NCBI GenBank assembly: GCA_031412075.1
Contig: JANOCG010000335.1
Source of the DNA: Rhizobacter sp.
GTDB taxonomy: Bacteria; Pseudomonadota; Gammaproteobacteria; Burkholderiales; Burkholderiaceae_C
Length of the DNA stretch: 53,918 nt
Reading direction: 5' to 3' (one strand)
Position 1 is the first letter of the stretch, and every line of letters begins with the position of its first letter. The notes under the pieces were generated by a model. That model saw nothing but the letters and a program-made list of their open reading frames with translations. It made no database searches and had not been told where the DNA came from. The position numbers were made by a program, and so were the translations under genes. Below are positions 10,459 to 21,112 of this stretch, piece by piece.

Positions 10459-10976
10459 CCCTGCCTGAAACGCAAAACGCCGCTCCACCGCCGACCCTCG
10501 AACGACGCGACGACATCGGGCGGCTTGTGGCTGTCACCTGGCGCAGCGCCGGGGCCGGTGCCTGGGACAACCCCGCCGGCGGGCGCTGGCTGGTGGCGAT
10601 TGACGGCTCCGAGTGCTCGTTGCGTACCCTCGCGAAGGTGGCCGACCTGGTGGCGCTGGGGCGCGACAACGAAGTCGACCTCGTGCACGTGCAGCCCTGG
10701 CTCGTGAAAGAAGCCGCAGAGACCGAGTTGCCACGACGCGGCTGGGCAGCCACGGCCCGGGCGCGCGGCTTGCTCGACGCGGCATCGATCCGCTGGCGCC
10801 TGCACGCGATCCTGGGCGAGGCGGCGCCAGAGATTGCAGGCATGGCCGATGCGCTGGGCAGCCGCGGCATCGCCATCGGTTCGCACGGGTTGACCGCCGC
10901 CGAATCCCTGTTGCTGGGCTCGGTGGCCTCCAAGGTCTTGCACCTGGCTGCGCGGCCCGTGCTGATCGTGCGTTGA
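10455..10976 (+). CDS. Universal stress protein (UspA family)
   Basis: LVAIDGS...IAIGSHG...LLGSVASKVLHLAARPVLIVR. ATGA overlap with terC. Confidence 0.9.
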   Translation: MTLPETQNAAPPPTLERRDDIGRLVAVTWRSAGAGAWDNPAGGRWLVAIDGSECSLRTLAKVADLVALGRDNEVDLVHVQPWLVKEAAETELPRRGWAATARARGLLDAASIRWRLHAILGEAAPEIAGMADALGSRGIAIGSHGLTAAESLLLGSVASKVLHLAARPVLIVR

Positions 10977-11001
10977 TGGCTGAGCGCGCCCATCGTCGGC
11001 G

Positions 11002-11949
11002 ATGAGCTTCTTCGAACCCGTCATCCTGTTCTTTCTGCTCGGCGCGATCGCCGGCTTCGTTCGCTCGGACCTCAAGATCCCCGGCGTCCTCTATGAGTCC
11101 TTGAGCATCTTTCTGCTGCTCGCCATCGGCATGAAGGGCGGCGTCGAGTTGGCGCGCTATCCGCTGCTCGATGTCGCCATGCCCGCGCTTGTGGTGGTGG
11201 TGGTGGGCGCCTTGATCCCGTTGGTCGCGTTCCCGATCCTGCGCCACATCGGCAAGCTGTCGCCCGCCGATTCAGGATCGATCGCTGCACACTACGGGTC
11301 GGTCAGTGTGGTCACCTTTGCGGTTGGCTCCGCCTACCTGGCGCGGCTCGGCGAGGCGGCAGAGGGCTTCATGACGGTGTTCCTGGTGCTGCTCGAGTTT
11401 CCCGCGCTGGTGATCGGCGTGATGCTGGCTCGGCGCGGTGAGCAAGGCACGCCCTGGACAAAGGTGCTGCACGAGGTCTTCGCGGGCAAGAGCATCGTGC
11501 TGTTGCTGGGCGGGCTGGCCATCGGATGGTTCGCCGGCCCCAACGGCATCGCGCCGCTCGACCGCCTGTTCTTCGACCTGTTCAAAGGGCTGCTCGCGAT
11601 CTTCTTGCTGGAGATGGGGCTGGTGGCCGCTGGCCGCATCGGCGACCTGCGCCGCGCGGGCTGGTTCCTGGTCGTGTTTGCCACCCTGATGCCGCTGGCA
11701 GCCGCGGGGCTGGGGCTCATCACCGGCCTGCTGCTGGGGCTGTCGGTGGGGGGCATCACCTTGCTGGCCACGCTGTACGCAAGCGCCTCCTACATCGCGG
11801 CACCGGCGGCGATGCGCATCGCTGTGCCACAGGCCAACCCGGCGCTGTCGATCGGCGCGGCGCTCGGCATCACCTTTCCATTCAACCTCATCGTGGGCAT
11901 TCCGCTGTACCACCGGTGCGCACAATACCTCCACCACGCCGGAGTCTGA
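11002..11949 (+). CDS. sbtA: Sodium-dependent bicarbonate transporter family permease (SbtA/DUF897)
   Basis: AAHYGSVSVVTF, FLLEMGLVA, ASASYIAAPAAMR, GITFPFN. Confidence 0.9.
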   Translation: MSFFEPVILFFLLGAIAGFVRSDLKIPGVLYESLSIFLLLAIGMKGGVELARYPLLDVAMPALVVVVVGALIPLVAFPILRHIGKLSPADSGSIAAHYGSVSVVTFAVGSAYLARLGEAAEGFMTVFLVLLEFPALVIGVMLARRGEQGTPWTKVLHEVFAGKSIVLLLGGLAIGWFAGPNGIAPLDRLFFDLFKGLLAIFLLEMGLVAAGRIGDLRRAGWFLVVFATLMPLAAAGLGLITGLLLGLSVGGITLLATLYASASYIAAPAAMRIAVPQANPALSIGAALGITFPFNLIVGIPLYHRCAQYLHHAGV

Positions 11950-11953
11950 CCAC

Positions 11954-12256
11954 ATGGAACTGACCGCTCGCAAGCTGCTGACGATCGTGACCGAAGCGGC
12001 CCTGGAGGACACGCTGGTCAGCGACATCGAGACCCTTGGCGCCCGCGGCTACACGATCACCGACGCACGCGGCAAGGGCAGCCACGGCAGGCGCGACGCC
12101 GCCTGGGTGCCACACGCCAACATTCGCATCGAAGTGCTTTGTGACGCCGACACGGCCCTTGTCATCTGCAAGGCACTTCGCGAGCGCTACTACGACAACT
12201 ACTCCATGGTGATGTACGTCGGCGACGTCGAGGTATTGCGCCCGGGGAAGTTCTGA
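11954..12256 (+). CDS. sbtB: PII-like regulator SbtB
   Basis: KLLTIVTEAALE...GARGYTITDARGKGSHG...NIRIEVLC...VEVLRPGKF, directly downstream of sbtA. Confidence 0.85.
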   Translation: MELTARKLLTIVTEAALEDTLVSDIETLGARGYTITDARGKGSHGRRDAAWVPHANIRIEVLCDADTALVICKALRERYYDNYSMVMYVGDVEVLRPGKF

Positions 12257-12359
12257 CCCTGGAAACCTGCGCGAACGTCAAAATTGCTGCGCATCAAGGC
12301 ACCGAGGAGATCAGACACCATCACCACGTCGGCCTCCACACCGGGCTCGAGATTGAATC

Positions 12360-12614
12360 GCGACCGGGCCCGTCCGCACAACAAGCCAGCGTCATTGCGG
12401 GGGTGCCGGCGCGAGGTCAGATGCGCGCCACGCACAAGGCGGCGGCGCTCGAGAAGGCGGCGGTGCTCAGGGTGTGCCCGCTGGAGAAGCTGGAACCCCA
12501 GCACCACTGCGCCTCCCACAAGGCAGGTCGGGCCCGGCCAACGATGGCTTTCATGCCCCAGACGACGAGCGTCGCGGAGATCGACGATTCAGCCAGCAGC
12601 ACGGCTTCGCGGCC
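12360..12614 (-). pseudogene. PAP2-family phosphatase fragment
   Basis: KAIVGRARP...SSFSSGHT (C1/C2 motifs), in-frame TGA at 12417-12419, no N-terminus and no C3 motif. Confidence 0.7.
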
Positions 12615-12798
12615 ACGGCCGCGCACAGCGGCCACCGCTCCAAGTTCAGCGGCACCGTGCCGAAGGCGAGGTTGAGAAAGCCCAGATGCACGACCGCCAT
12701 CTGCCACACCACCGACGGCGCGATGGCGGCCCACAGCCAGGGGTTTCGAGCGCTTTCGCGACCTCGTTTCTGTTCACGACCGAAGGGTCGGCCAGCAT
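12611..12798 (-). pseudogene. Collapsed cation (Ca2+-type) P-type ATPase: putative N-terminal and C-terminal ends only
   Basis: MLADPSVVNRNEVAKALE is joined out of frame to NPWLWAAIAPSVVWQMAVVHLGFLNLAFGTVPLNLERWPLCAAVA (Cation_ATPase_C-like). Confidence 0.65.
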
Positions 12799-12964
12799 CA
12801 CTGTGCGACCGCCGCGCGGGTGGGGTAGGCGATCTGGAATAGCTTCGACCTCGTCAGCTCCAGGCCACCGTTTGCAACAGCGTATCCATCTGGTCCAGCG
12901 CGATCGTCCTGGCAAGCATCGGGCAAGTCAGGGCCGCAATGCTTGAGGGGTGTCAATCGGCGCT

Positions 12965-13006
12965 TTGATGAAGATCAACACCCGCCGAGAGTCGCGCTCC
13001 TAGCAT
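12965..13006 (+). promoter_or_regulatory. FNR/ANR-dependent promoter of arcDABC
   Basis: Perfect TTGAT-GAAG-ATCAA at 12965-12978, centred 29.5 bp upstream of the first T of -10 TAGCAT (13001-13006), which is the canonical -41.5 position. Confidence 0.85.
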
Positions 13007-13043
13007 GCACTGCGCCCCGCCTTCACTCACGGAGTTCACGCTC

Positions 13044-14516
13044 ATGGCCCTCACCAGAACCTTTCCCACTGCAGTGGCGCCGCCAGCCGCACCGGTGCGG
13101 GGCAGAGTGGCGTCCAGCCGGCTGCCACTCAGCCTGCTGGTCGCCCTGGTCGTGGGCTCCATCCTCGGCAGCGGCATTTTCGGCTTGCCGCAGAACATGG
13201 CGGCGGGTGCGGGCACCGGGGCGATTCTGATCGGCTGGCTGATCACCGGGGTGGGCATGCTGGCGCTCGCCTTGGTGTATCAGTCCCTCGCCATGCGCAA
13301 GCCCGACCTGAACAACGGCGTCTACGCTTATGCGCAGGCTGCGGCCGGCGAGTACGTCGGCTTCAACGCCGCGTGGGGCTACTGGGTCAGCGCCTGGATT
13401 GGCAACGTCGGCTACCTGGTTGCGGCATTCGGCGCACTCGGCTATTTCTTCCCCGCCTTCGGCGACGGCAACACGGCAGTGGCCATCGCGGGCGCTTCGG
13501 TGGCGCTGTGGGCAGTTCACCTGTTGGTGCTGAGGGGCATCCGCGGTGCGGCGCTGCTCAATGCGGTCGCCACCTTGGCCAAGGTGTTGCCGCTGCTTCT
13601 GTTCATCGCGGTGGTCGCGCTGGCATTTCAGACCAAGACCTTCGCTTTCGATTTCTGGGGCGCGCCCAAGCTCGGGCCCATGCTGGATCAGGTGCGCAGC
13701 ACCATGCTGGTCACGGTGTGGGTCTTCATCGGCATCGAAGGCGCGAGCGTCTACTCGGCGAGAGCACGCCGCCGCGAAGACGTGGGTCGCGCCACCATCG
13801 TTGGCTTTGTCATCACCTTGCTGCTGTTGATGGGTGTGTCGCTGCTCTCACTGGGCGTGCTGCAGCAACCGCAGCTTGCGCAACTGAAGAACCCGTCGAT
13901 GGCAGGGGTGCTGGAAAGCATCGTCGGCACCTGGGGTGCGGTGCTGATCTATGTGGGGCTGATCGTCTCTGTCGGCGGTGGCTTCCTGGCCTGGATGCTG
14001 CTCGCTGCCGAGTCGCTCTTCACGCCGGCAGGGGGCGGCGTGATGCCCAAATGGCTTGCGCGCCAGAACCCACAAGGCGTGCCCGCCAACGCGCTGTGGC
14101 TCACCAACGGCATGGTTCAATTGTTCTTGCTGGTGACCTTGTTCTCCAAGGCTTCGTATCTGGCGCTCATCTCCTTGTCCACGGCGATGATCCTGCTGCC
14201 CTACCTCTTCAGCGCCGTCTACGGGCTCGTGATCTCATGGCGTGGCGAAGGCGCAGCAGGTACCCAGCGCCGAGCTGATCTGCCGATTGCGGGCTTGGCG
14301 ACTGTCTACTGCATGTGGCTGCTGTATGCCGCGGGCCTCAAGTACCTGCTGCTCGCATCTGTGCTCTATGCACCGGGCGCGATGGTGTACCTGTGGGCGC
14401 GCAAGCAACGTGCACAGCGCGCGTTCAAGGGCTACGAGATGGCAATCCTCGCAGCGCTGCTGCTGATGGCACTGGCTGCCGCCTACCTGCTCGCCACCGG
14501 TGGTCTCACCCTGTGA
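13044..14516 (+). CDS. arcD: Arginine/ornithine antiporter
   Basis: APC-family [37 protein letters not shown] before ATG 13044. Confidence 0.92.
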   Translation: MALTRTFPTAVAPPAAPVRGRVASSRLPLSLLVALVVGSILGSGIFGLPQNMAAGAGTGAILIGWLITGVGMLALALVYQSLAMRKPDLNNGVYAYAQAAAGEYVGFNAAWGYWVSAWIGNVGYLVAAFGALGYFFPAFGDGNTAVAIAGASVALWAVHLLVLRGIRGAALLNAVATLAKVLPLLLFIAVVALAFQTKTFAFDFWGAPKLGPMLDQVRSTMLVTVWVFIGIEGASVYSARARRREDVGRATIVGFVITLLLLMGVSLLSLGVLQQPQLAQLKNPSMAGVLESIVGTWGAVLIYVGLIVSVGGGFLAWMLLAAESLFTPAGGGVMPKWLARQNPQGVPANALWLTNGMVQLFLLVTLFSKASYLALISLSTAMILLPYLFSAVYGLVISWRGEGAAGTQRRADLPIAGLATVYCMWLLYAAGLKYLLLASVLYAPGAMVYLWARKQRAQRAFKGYEMAILAALLLMALAAAYLLATGGLTL

Positions 14517-15772
14517 ACGCGGCACCCGTCAGCCGCAAGTCAATCAACATCGACACCGCATTCGGCGTTCATTCGGAAGTCGGCCGCCTGCGCAAGGTGA
14601 TGGTGTGCCGGCCCGGTTTGGCGCAGATGCGGCTCACGCCTGCCAACTGCCGTGACCTTTTGTTCGACGACGTGATGTGGGTCACGCAGGCCAAGAACGA
14701 CCACTATGCGTTCGTCAATGCGATGGTCGAGCGCGGTGTGGAGGTGCTCGACATGCACGAGCTGCTGGCCACCGTGGTGGCTGATGCCACCGCGCGCAGC
14801 TGGGTGCTGGATCGCAAGCTCGGCATCGGCTTCATCGACGCCGAAGACGCCGTCGCGCTGCGAAGCTGGCTCGAGTCATTGCCGCCAGCCAGGCTGGCTG
14901 AACACCTGATCGGTGGCGTTGTGCGGGGCGAGCTTCCGTTCGAGCCCGTAGGCCTGGTGGCGCGGTGCGCCGCACCCCCCGAATTCCTGATGCCGCCCCT
15001 GCCCAACACCCTCTTCACCCGCGACACCAGCTGCTGGATCGGTGACGGCGCGGTGTTGAGCCCGATGTTCTGGCCCGCCCGCCGCCAGGAGACTTTGCTC
15101 GCCACCGCCATCTACCGCTTTCATCCGGCCTTCGCGGGCCGCGTCACCGAGTGGTGGGGCGACCCGGATGGGGATCACGGCCAGGCTTCACTTGAAGGCG
15201 GTGACGTGATGCCGCTCGGCCGGGGGGTGGTGCTCATCGGCATGGGCGAGCGCACGTCGCCACAAGCGGTGAGCCAGCTGGCCCGTGCGTTGTTTGCGCG
15301 CGGTGCGGCCAGCCGCGTCATTGCCGCCCAGATGCCGAAGTCTCGTGGGGCCATGCACCTCGACACCGTGTTCACCTTTTGCGACAGCGACCTCGTCACC
15401 ATCTTTCCAGACGTGGTCAACACGATACGCAGCTTCAGCCTGCGCCCCGGGCCCCGCGATGGCATGCTCGATGTGCACGAAGAAGCCCTGCCCTTCGTCG
15501 AGGTGGTGGCACAAGCGCTTGGCCTGCCCCGCCTGCGCACCGTGCTGACCGGCGGCGATGCCTACGCAGCCGAACGCGAGCAATGGGATGACGGCAACAA
15601 CCTGTTGGCCCTGGCGCCAGGCCTGGTGATGGCCTACAACCGAAACACCTACACCAACACGCTGCTGCGCAAACAGGGCATCGAGGTGATCACCATCCCG
15701 AGCGGCGAGCTGGGTCGCGGGCGCGGCGGCAGCCACTGCATGTCGTGCCCGATCGCGCGAGACCCTCTCTGA
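14513..15772 (+). CDS. arcA: Arginine deiminase
   Basis: [49 protein letters not shown] start overlaps the arcD stop. Confidence 0.95.
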   Translation: MNAAPVSRKSINIDTAFGVHSEVGRLRKVMVCRPGLAQMRLTPANCRDLLFDDVMWVTQAKNDHYAFVNAMVERGVEVLDMHELLATVVADATARSWVLDRKLGIGFIDAEDAVALRSWLESLPPARLAEHLIGGVVRGELPFEPVGLVARCAAPPEFLMPPLPNTLFTRDTSCWIGDGAVLSPMFWPARRQETLLATAIYRFHPAFAGRVTEWWGDPDGDHGQASLEGGDVMPLGRGVVLIGMGERTSPQAVSQLARALFARGAASRVIAAQMPKSRGAMHLDTVFTFCDSDLVTIFPDVVNTIRSFSLRPGPRDGMLDVHEEALPFVEVVAQALGLPRLRTVLTGGDAYAAEREQWDDGNNLLALAPGLVMAYNRNTYTNTLLRKQGIEVITIPSGELGRGRGGSHCMSCPIARDPL

Positions 15773-15796
15773 TCTGTCCCCCCGGGAACCTGCACC

Positions 15797-16795
15797 ATGA
15801 GCTTCAATCTTCGCAACCGCAGCCTGCTCGACCTGAAAGACTTCGCGCCACGCGACATTCGCTTCCTCATCGACCTGGCCGCGGAACTGAAGCGCTCCAA
15901 GTACGCGGGCAACGAGCTGCCGCGCCTGCAAGGCAAGAACATCGCGCTGGTCTTCGAGAAAGCCTCCACGCGCACACGTTGCGCCTTCGAGGTGGCCGTG
16001 CATGACCAGGGCGGCCACGTGACCTACATCGACCCCGTGGGCTCGCAACTCGGCCACAAAGAATCGCTCAAGGACACGGCGCGCGTGCTAGGACGCTTGT
16101 ACGACGGCATCGAGTACCGCGGTTTCCACCAGAGCGTGGTCGAAGAGCTGGCCCGTTTCTCGCACGTGCCGGTATGGAACGGGCTCACCGATGAAGCGCA
16201 CCCCACGCAGATCCTGGCCGACCTTTTGACGATGGAAGAGTTCGGCGAAAAGCCGCTGCACGACATGTCGTTCTGCTACCTGGGCGACGCCCGCTTCAAC
16301 ATGGGCTGTTCGCTGCTGATCGGTGGCACCCAGATGGGCATGGATGTGCGCATCGCCGCACCGGTGAGCCTGCAACCTCCAGCGGAGCTGGTTGCCCAGA
16401 TGCGCGAACTCGCCATCACCACCGGTGCGCGCATCACGCTCGAGGCCGACCCGCTCAAGGCCGTGGCCGGCGCCGACTTCCTGTACACCGACGTGTGGGT
16501 CTCCATGGGCGAGCCCGACAGTGTGTGGAAGCAGCGTATCGACCAGCTGCTCCCCTTCCAGGTGACAGCCGCCTTGATGCGCGCCACTGGCAAGCCGCGC
16601 ACGCGCTTCATGCATTGCCTGCCTGCGCTTCACAACCTCGAAACCGAAGTCGGGCGGCAGGTGCATGAACGCTACGGTCTCACCGAGGTCGAGGTCACCG
16701 ACGAAGTGTTCGAGTCGGAGGCCTCCATCGTCTTCAGCCAGGCCGAAAACCGCATGCACACCATCAAGGCCGTGCTGGTGGCCACGCTGGCATGA
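15797..16795 (+). CDS. arcB: Catabolic ornithine carbamoyltransferase
   Basis: [26 protein letters not shown], inside the arc operon. Confidence 0.95.
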   Translation: MSFNLRNRSLLDLKDFAPRDIRFLIDLAAELKRSKYAGNELPRLQGKNIALVFEKASTRTRCAFEVAVHDQGGHVTYIDPVGSQLGHKESLKDTARVLGRLYDGIEYRGFHQSVVEELARFSHVPVWNGLTDEAHPTQILADLLTMEEFGEKPLHDMSFCYLGDARFNMGCSLLIGGTQMGMDVRIAAPVSLQPPAELVAQMRELAITTGARITLEADPLKAVAGADFLYTDVWVSMGEPDSVWKQRIDQLLPFQVTAALMRATGKPRTRFMHCLPALHNLETEVGRQVHERYGLTEVEVTDEVFESEASIVFSQAENRMHTIKAVLVATLA

Positions 16796-16805
16796 GGGCG
16801 CTGCC

Positions 16806-17729
16806 ATGAGGCTGGTGGTGGCGTTGGGTGGCAATGCACTGCTGCGCAGGGGCGAGGCGCTGAGCGCCGACAACCAGCTTCACAACGTGCGCATCGCCGC
16901 CGCCCAGTTGGCGCGCGTGGCCCTCAAGCACGAGCTCGTGCTGACACATGGCAATGGCCCACAGGTCGGCTTGCTGTCGCTCCAATCAGCGGCCTACACC
17001 GCCGTGGAGGCCTATCCCTTGGACGTGTTGGGCGCGCAGACCGACGGCATGATCGGCTATCTGCTCGAACAAGAGCTGAGCAACCTGCTGCCGCATGGGA
17101 AAGCGGTCGTCACCCTGCTGACGCGTGTGGAGGTCAATCTTGATGACCCGGCCTTTGCCACACCCAGCAAACCCATCGGCCCGGTTTACTCACGTGAAGA
17201 AGCCGACCGCGCAGCGGCCGAGAAGCACTGGGCCATTGCCGCCGACGGGACCGGTTTCCGCCGTGTCGTTGCCTCGCCCATGCCGCAGCGGGTGCTCGGC
17301 ATCGACCCGATCCGCTGGCTGCTTGCACACCAGGCGTTGGTGATCGCCGCCGGCGGCGGGGGCATCCCGGTCGCGGTTGCCGCCGATGGCCACCGCCACG
17401 GCGTCGAGGCGGTGATCGACAAGGACCTCTGCAGCGGCTTGCTCGCTCGCGAGCTCAACGCCGACTGCCTGGTCATCGCAACTGACGTCGACGCCGTCTA
17501 TCTCGACTGGGGGCTGCCGGGCCAGCGTGCCATCCGGCATGTATCGCCGGCCGAACTGTCACGCCACCGGTTTGCGGCGGGATCGATGGGCCCGAAGGTC
17601 GAAGCGGCATGCCGGTTCGCGGAGGCGACCGGCCAGCGGGCGCTGATCGGTTCGCTCGAACACATCGAAGCGATGCTCGAAGGGCAGGCCGGCACGGAGA
17701 TCCGGCGGGGCCGTCAAGAGTCGCCGTGA
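16806..17729 (+). CDS. arcC: Carbamate kinase
   Basis: [39 protein letters not shown]. Confidence 0.95.
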   Translation: MRLVVALGGNALLRRGEALSADNQLHNVRIAAAQLARVALKHELVLTHGNGPQVGLLSLQSAAYTAVEAYPLDVLGAQTDGMIGYLLEQELSNLLPHGKAVVTLLTRVEVNLDDPAFATPSKPIGPVYSREEADRAAAEKHWAIAADGTGFRRVVASPMPQRVLGIDPIRWLLAHQALVIAAGGGGIPVAVAADGHRHGVEAVIDKDLCSGLLARELNADCLVIATDVDAVYLDWGLPGQRAIRHVSPAELSRHRFAAGSMGPKVEAACRFAEATGQRALIGSLEHIEAMLEGQAGTEIRRGRQESP

Positions 17730-17806
17730 GCCGGATGCAGTGATCTTCAATTTTTCAATCCTCCTCTCCGCCAACCGATCGTCCCGAGACGTTCGACAAA
17801 GTCACA

Positions 17807-18025
17807 TCAACTTCCCGGCGTCGACGACAGGCCGCCCAACGCCGTTGCCACGGCCTGCAACGCACGCCCGCAATCGTCACGCGTGAGACCGCCGCCCAGA
17901 CACAGACGCAGGCCCTCGGGTGGAAGGCGGTCGGTGCAGAACGCGCTGGCGGCCACGGCCGCCACTCCCACCTCTCGGAGCTCACCGGCAATCTGTGTGG
18001 CCACCGAGGCAATGCCGCTGTCGGC
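17807..18025 (-). pseudogene. C-terminal fragment of a MocR/GntR PLP-dependent aminotransferase-domain protein
   Basis: [46 protein letters not shown]. Confidence 0.55.
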
Positions 18026-18290
18026 GAGGAGCGCGAGTCGCTGTCGCTGCGTTGTGCGGGCATCACGAGCGTGGTGTGGTGCATTGGCTTCGCGCCAGAT
18101 TTGCGCTGGCTGGACGCGCCGGTGTTCAACGGTCGCGGACATCCGGTTCACGAACGCGGCGTGACGCGTGTCCCCCGGGCTCTACTTCATCGGCCTTCCG
18201 TGGCTACACACCTGGGGGTCGGGGCGCTTCTGCGGCATCGCCCGCGATGCGGCCTTCGTCGTGCAGCGTCTGGTGGAGCGCCTGTTGCTC
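18023..18290 (+). pseudogene. C-terminal fragment of a flavin-dependent oxidoreductase (MSMEG_0569-like), frameshifted
   Basis: [40 protein letters not shown], then an extra C in the run at 18172-18176, then [25 protein letters not shown]. Confidence 0.7.
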
Positions 18291-18413
18291 CTGTTTGGCG
18301 CACTCCACGGCACATACCCTGCCGGCTCCAGGGTTTGCGTGTATCAATGAATGGCGGGCTGTGCTCGAATACTACGAGCTGTCATTTGACGCCGTTTTCT
18401 GGAGCAACCCGCC

Positions 18414-19850
18414 ATGCGCAACTACCTGCAGTTCTACATCGACGGCCGCTGGGTCGACCCCGCCGTGCCGAAGAGCATCGACGTCATCAACCCGGCCACC
18501 GAAGTGTCCGCCGGCCGCATCTCCATGGGCTCGGCCGCCGATGTCGACCGCGCCGTCAACGCGGCGCGCAAGGCCTTCGCGAGCTACTCGCAAACCAGCG
18601 TCGCCGAGCGCGTGGCGCTGCTCGAACGGATCATTGGCGAATACAAGAAGCGCTACGCCGACGTGGCCGCCGCCATCACCGAAGAGATGGGCGCACCGGT
18701 GAAGCTGTCGAATGATGCGCAAGCCGCGATGGGCATCGCCCACCTGCAAACCGCGCTCGGTGTGCTGAAGGAATACAGCTTCACCAAGGCCCGTGGCAGC
18801 ACCCTGCTCGTGCAAGAGCCGATCGGCGTGTGCGCCTTCATCACGCCCTGGAACTGGCCGATGAACCAGATTGCCTGCAAGGTGGCGCCGGCCTTGGCGG
18901 TCGGTTGCACCATGGTGCTCAAGCCCTCGGAGATCGCGCCATTCTCCGCCCATGTGTGGGCCGAGATCCTGCACGCGGCCGGTGTGCCCGCGGGCGTTTT
19001 CAACCTGGTCAACGGCGACGGTCCGACCGTGGGCGCAGCGCTCTCCCGCCACCCGTAAGTCGACATGGTGTCGTTCACCGGCTCCACGCGCGCCGGCATC
19101 GAGGTGGCGCGCAACGCCGCACCCACGGTCAAGCGTGTGCACCAGGAACTGGGCGGCAAGTCACCCAACATCATTCTGGAAGACGCCGACCTGAAGACGG
19201 CGGTGACGGCGGGTGTGCGTGGCGTGATGGGCAACTCGGGCCAATCGTGCAACGCACCCACGCGCATGCTGGTGCCCAAGGCGCGCATGGCAGAGGCGCT
19301 GGCCATTGCCAAATCCGCCGCCGAAGCCACCACGGTGGGCGCTCCCGACAGCGGAGCGGCACTCGGCCCGGTGATCTCGGCCGCTCAGTGGGACAAGATC
19401 CAGACGCTGATCCACAAGGGCATCGAAGAAGGCGCCACGCTGGTGGCCGGCGGCCCCGGCAAGCCGCAGGGCCTGGAGACCGGCTACTACGTCAAGCCGA
19501 CGATTCTCGGCAACGTGAACAACCAGATGACGGTGGCACGCGAAGAGATCTTCGGCCCGGTGCTGACCATCCTCGGTTACAACACGGTCGATGAAGCCGT
19601 GGCCATTGCCAACGACACACCTTATGGCCTGGCCGCCTATGTCTCTGGCGCCGACCCCGAGGCCACACGCAAGGTGGCTGCGCGCTTGCGTGCGGGCCAG
19701 GTCAACATCAACAGCGCGGCCATCGACCTGATGGCGCCTTTCGGTGGCTTCAAACAATCGGGCAACGGCCGCGAATGGGGCGACCATGCCTTCAGCGAGT
19801 TCCTGGAAGTGAAAGCCATGCTGGGCTACGCACCGGACAAGGCAGGCTGA
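18414..19850 (+). pseudogene. Aldehyde dehydrogenase with a single in-frame TAA (19056-19058)
   Basis: [41 protein letters not shown]. Both ORF halves are in the same frame. Confidence 0.88.
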
Positions 19851-19863
19851 AGGAGCTGCGCGG

Positions 19864-20928
19864 TCACACCTCGGCAATCTTCTCTTCGGCTTCCTCGCGC
19901 TCTTTTGCATCGGCTTTGAGATGCGGTTGTTCAGCGGCCGCTTCCGGCTCGTAGCTCAGGCAAACGAAGACGGGGAAATGATCCGACCCACAGGCCGGCA
20001 AGCGACGAAAGTCGACCAGCCGGAAGTGCGGCGAGTGAAAACAATGATCGAGTGGAAATCGGATCAGAGGCCACTTCGCGTTGAAGGTGTGGAAGAAGCC
20101 CCGCCCCACCCGCGGGTCGAGGAGCCCGCTGATTTTCTTGAAGAGGTCGTTGGTATGCGACCAGGCCACGTCATTCAAGTCGCCCAGCACCACCACCGGC
20201 GCCTGGCGCGCCTTGATCTCCTTCCCCACGATCAATAGCTCGGCATCACGCTCGGTGGAGCGATCGTTCTCTGCGGGTGCGGGAGGTCTCGGGTGCAGAC
20301 AGCGCAGGTCGATGGATTGGCCGTTGCGCAGCTGCACGCAGGCATGGATCGACGGAATGTCATCCTGCACCAGGAACTTCACCTCGGTGTGGCGCAGCGG
20401 CAACTTGGAGTACAGCAGCATCCCATAGGTGTTCTCCTGCGCTTGCTGCACGGTGTGGGGGTGGGTTTGCTCCAGATCGCGCAGTTCGTTTTGCCACCAT
20501 GCATCTGTTTCAACCGTGAGCACGATGTCAGGGTTGGCGTCTTCGACGAGCCTGCGCAGGCGCGCGGCTTCGCGATTGTCCATCTGCACGTTGGAGCACA
20601 GCAGACTCACGCGCCTGTCCGCCGAGCCCTCGAGGCTCGGCAGCACCTGCACTCGTGCGAGCCGCGTGTACGGCCACATGCGATAGCACTGGTAGGCCAG
20701 TGCGATTCCCAGCAGGCTGAGAAAGCCAGCGTCGACGAAACTTGGCCCGCTCCCCTCGTGGGCCAAGAGCAGGCCAGCCAACACCACACCGATCAGCGCC
20801 GCTATCTGAAGTCGAGGAAAGTCGAATACACGAATCCACCAGGCTTCATTTCGCACAAGGGGGAGTGCGGTTGCCACGAGCAACAGGCAACCCAGACCGT
20901 AGAGTGGCCATGCGAGCCACTCACTCAT
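19864..20928 (-). CDS. Endonuclease/exonuclease/phosphatase (YafD-like) membrane-anchored protein
   Basis: N-terminal TM helices, WWIRVFDFPR, GDLNDVAWS, PLDH, GSDHFP. Confidence 0.9.
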   Translation of the reverse strand: MSEWLAWPLYGLGCLLLVATALPLVRNEAWWIRVFDFPRLQIAALIGVVLAGLLLAHEGSGPSFVDAGFLSLLGIALAYQCYRMWPYTRLARVQVLPSLEGSADRRVSLLCSNVQMDNREAARLRRLVEDANPDIVLTVETDAWWQNELRDLEQTHPHTVQQAQENTYGMLLYSKLPLRHTEVKFLVQDDIPSIHACVQLRNGQSIDLRCLHPRPPAPAENDRSTERDAELLIVGKEIKARQAPVVVLGDLNDVAWSHTNDLFKKISGLLDPRVGRGFFHTFNAKWPLIRFPLDHCFHSPHFRLVDFRRLPACGSDHFPVFVCLSYEPEAAAEQPHLKADAKEREEAEEKIAEV

Positions 20929-21112
20929 TCCACGCGCGGGTGGGGTTGGCTGCGGGTGTGGCGGGCGACGCACCAGCGCGTTGCGCCTGCGGCGACCCAG
21001 GTGGCCGCGTTGTAATCGGCCTTGAAGACGCCCTGGTCGAGCGGTAGTGGTCGTAGGCCTTCTTGGCCAGCCCGGATGTGATGGCGAAGACGATGAGTTT
21101 GCGCAGCAGCAT
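20921..21112 (-). CDS. Small hypothetical protein
   Basis: RBS GGAG, MLLRKLIVFAITSGLAKKAYDHY, overlapping the EEP start. Confidence 0.55.
   Translation of the reverse strand: MLLRKLIVFAITSGLAKKAYDHYRSTRASSRPITTRPPGSPQAQRAGASPATPAANPTRAWNE

Noticed and set aside
12257-12360. Coding-like stretch after sbtB (FNLEPGVEADVVMVSDLLGALMR on the minus strand)
   Set aside because: Possibly another relic, but no family could be assigned.
13005-13043. Upstream ATG for arcD given in the ORF track
   Set aside because: It overlaps the predicted -10 element. ATG 13044 has a GGAG RBS.
19056-19058. Stop-codon recoding to explain the in-frame TAA, TAG (47774) and TGA (12417)
   Set aside because: Three different stop codons are involved, and TAG and TGA end normal genes here (for example TAG at 28892-28894). 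Point mutation or sequencing error is simpler.
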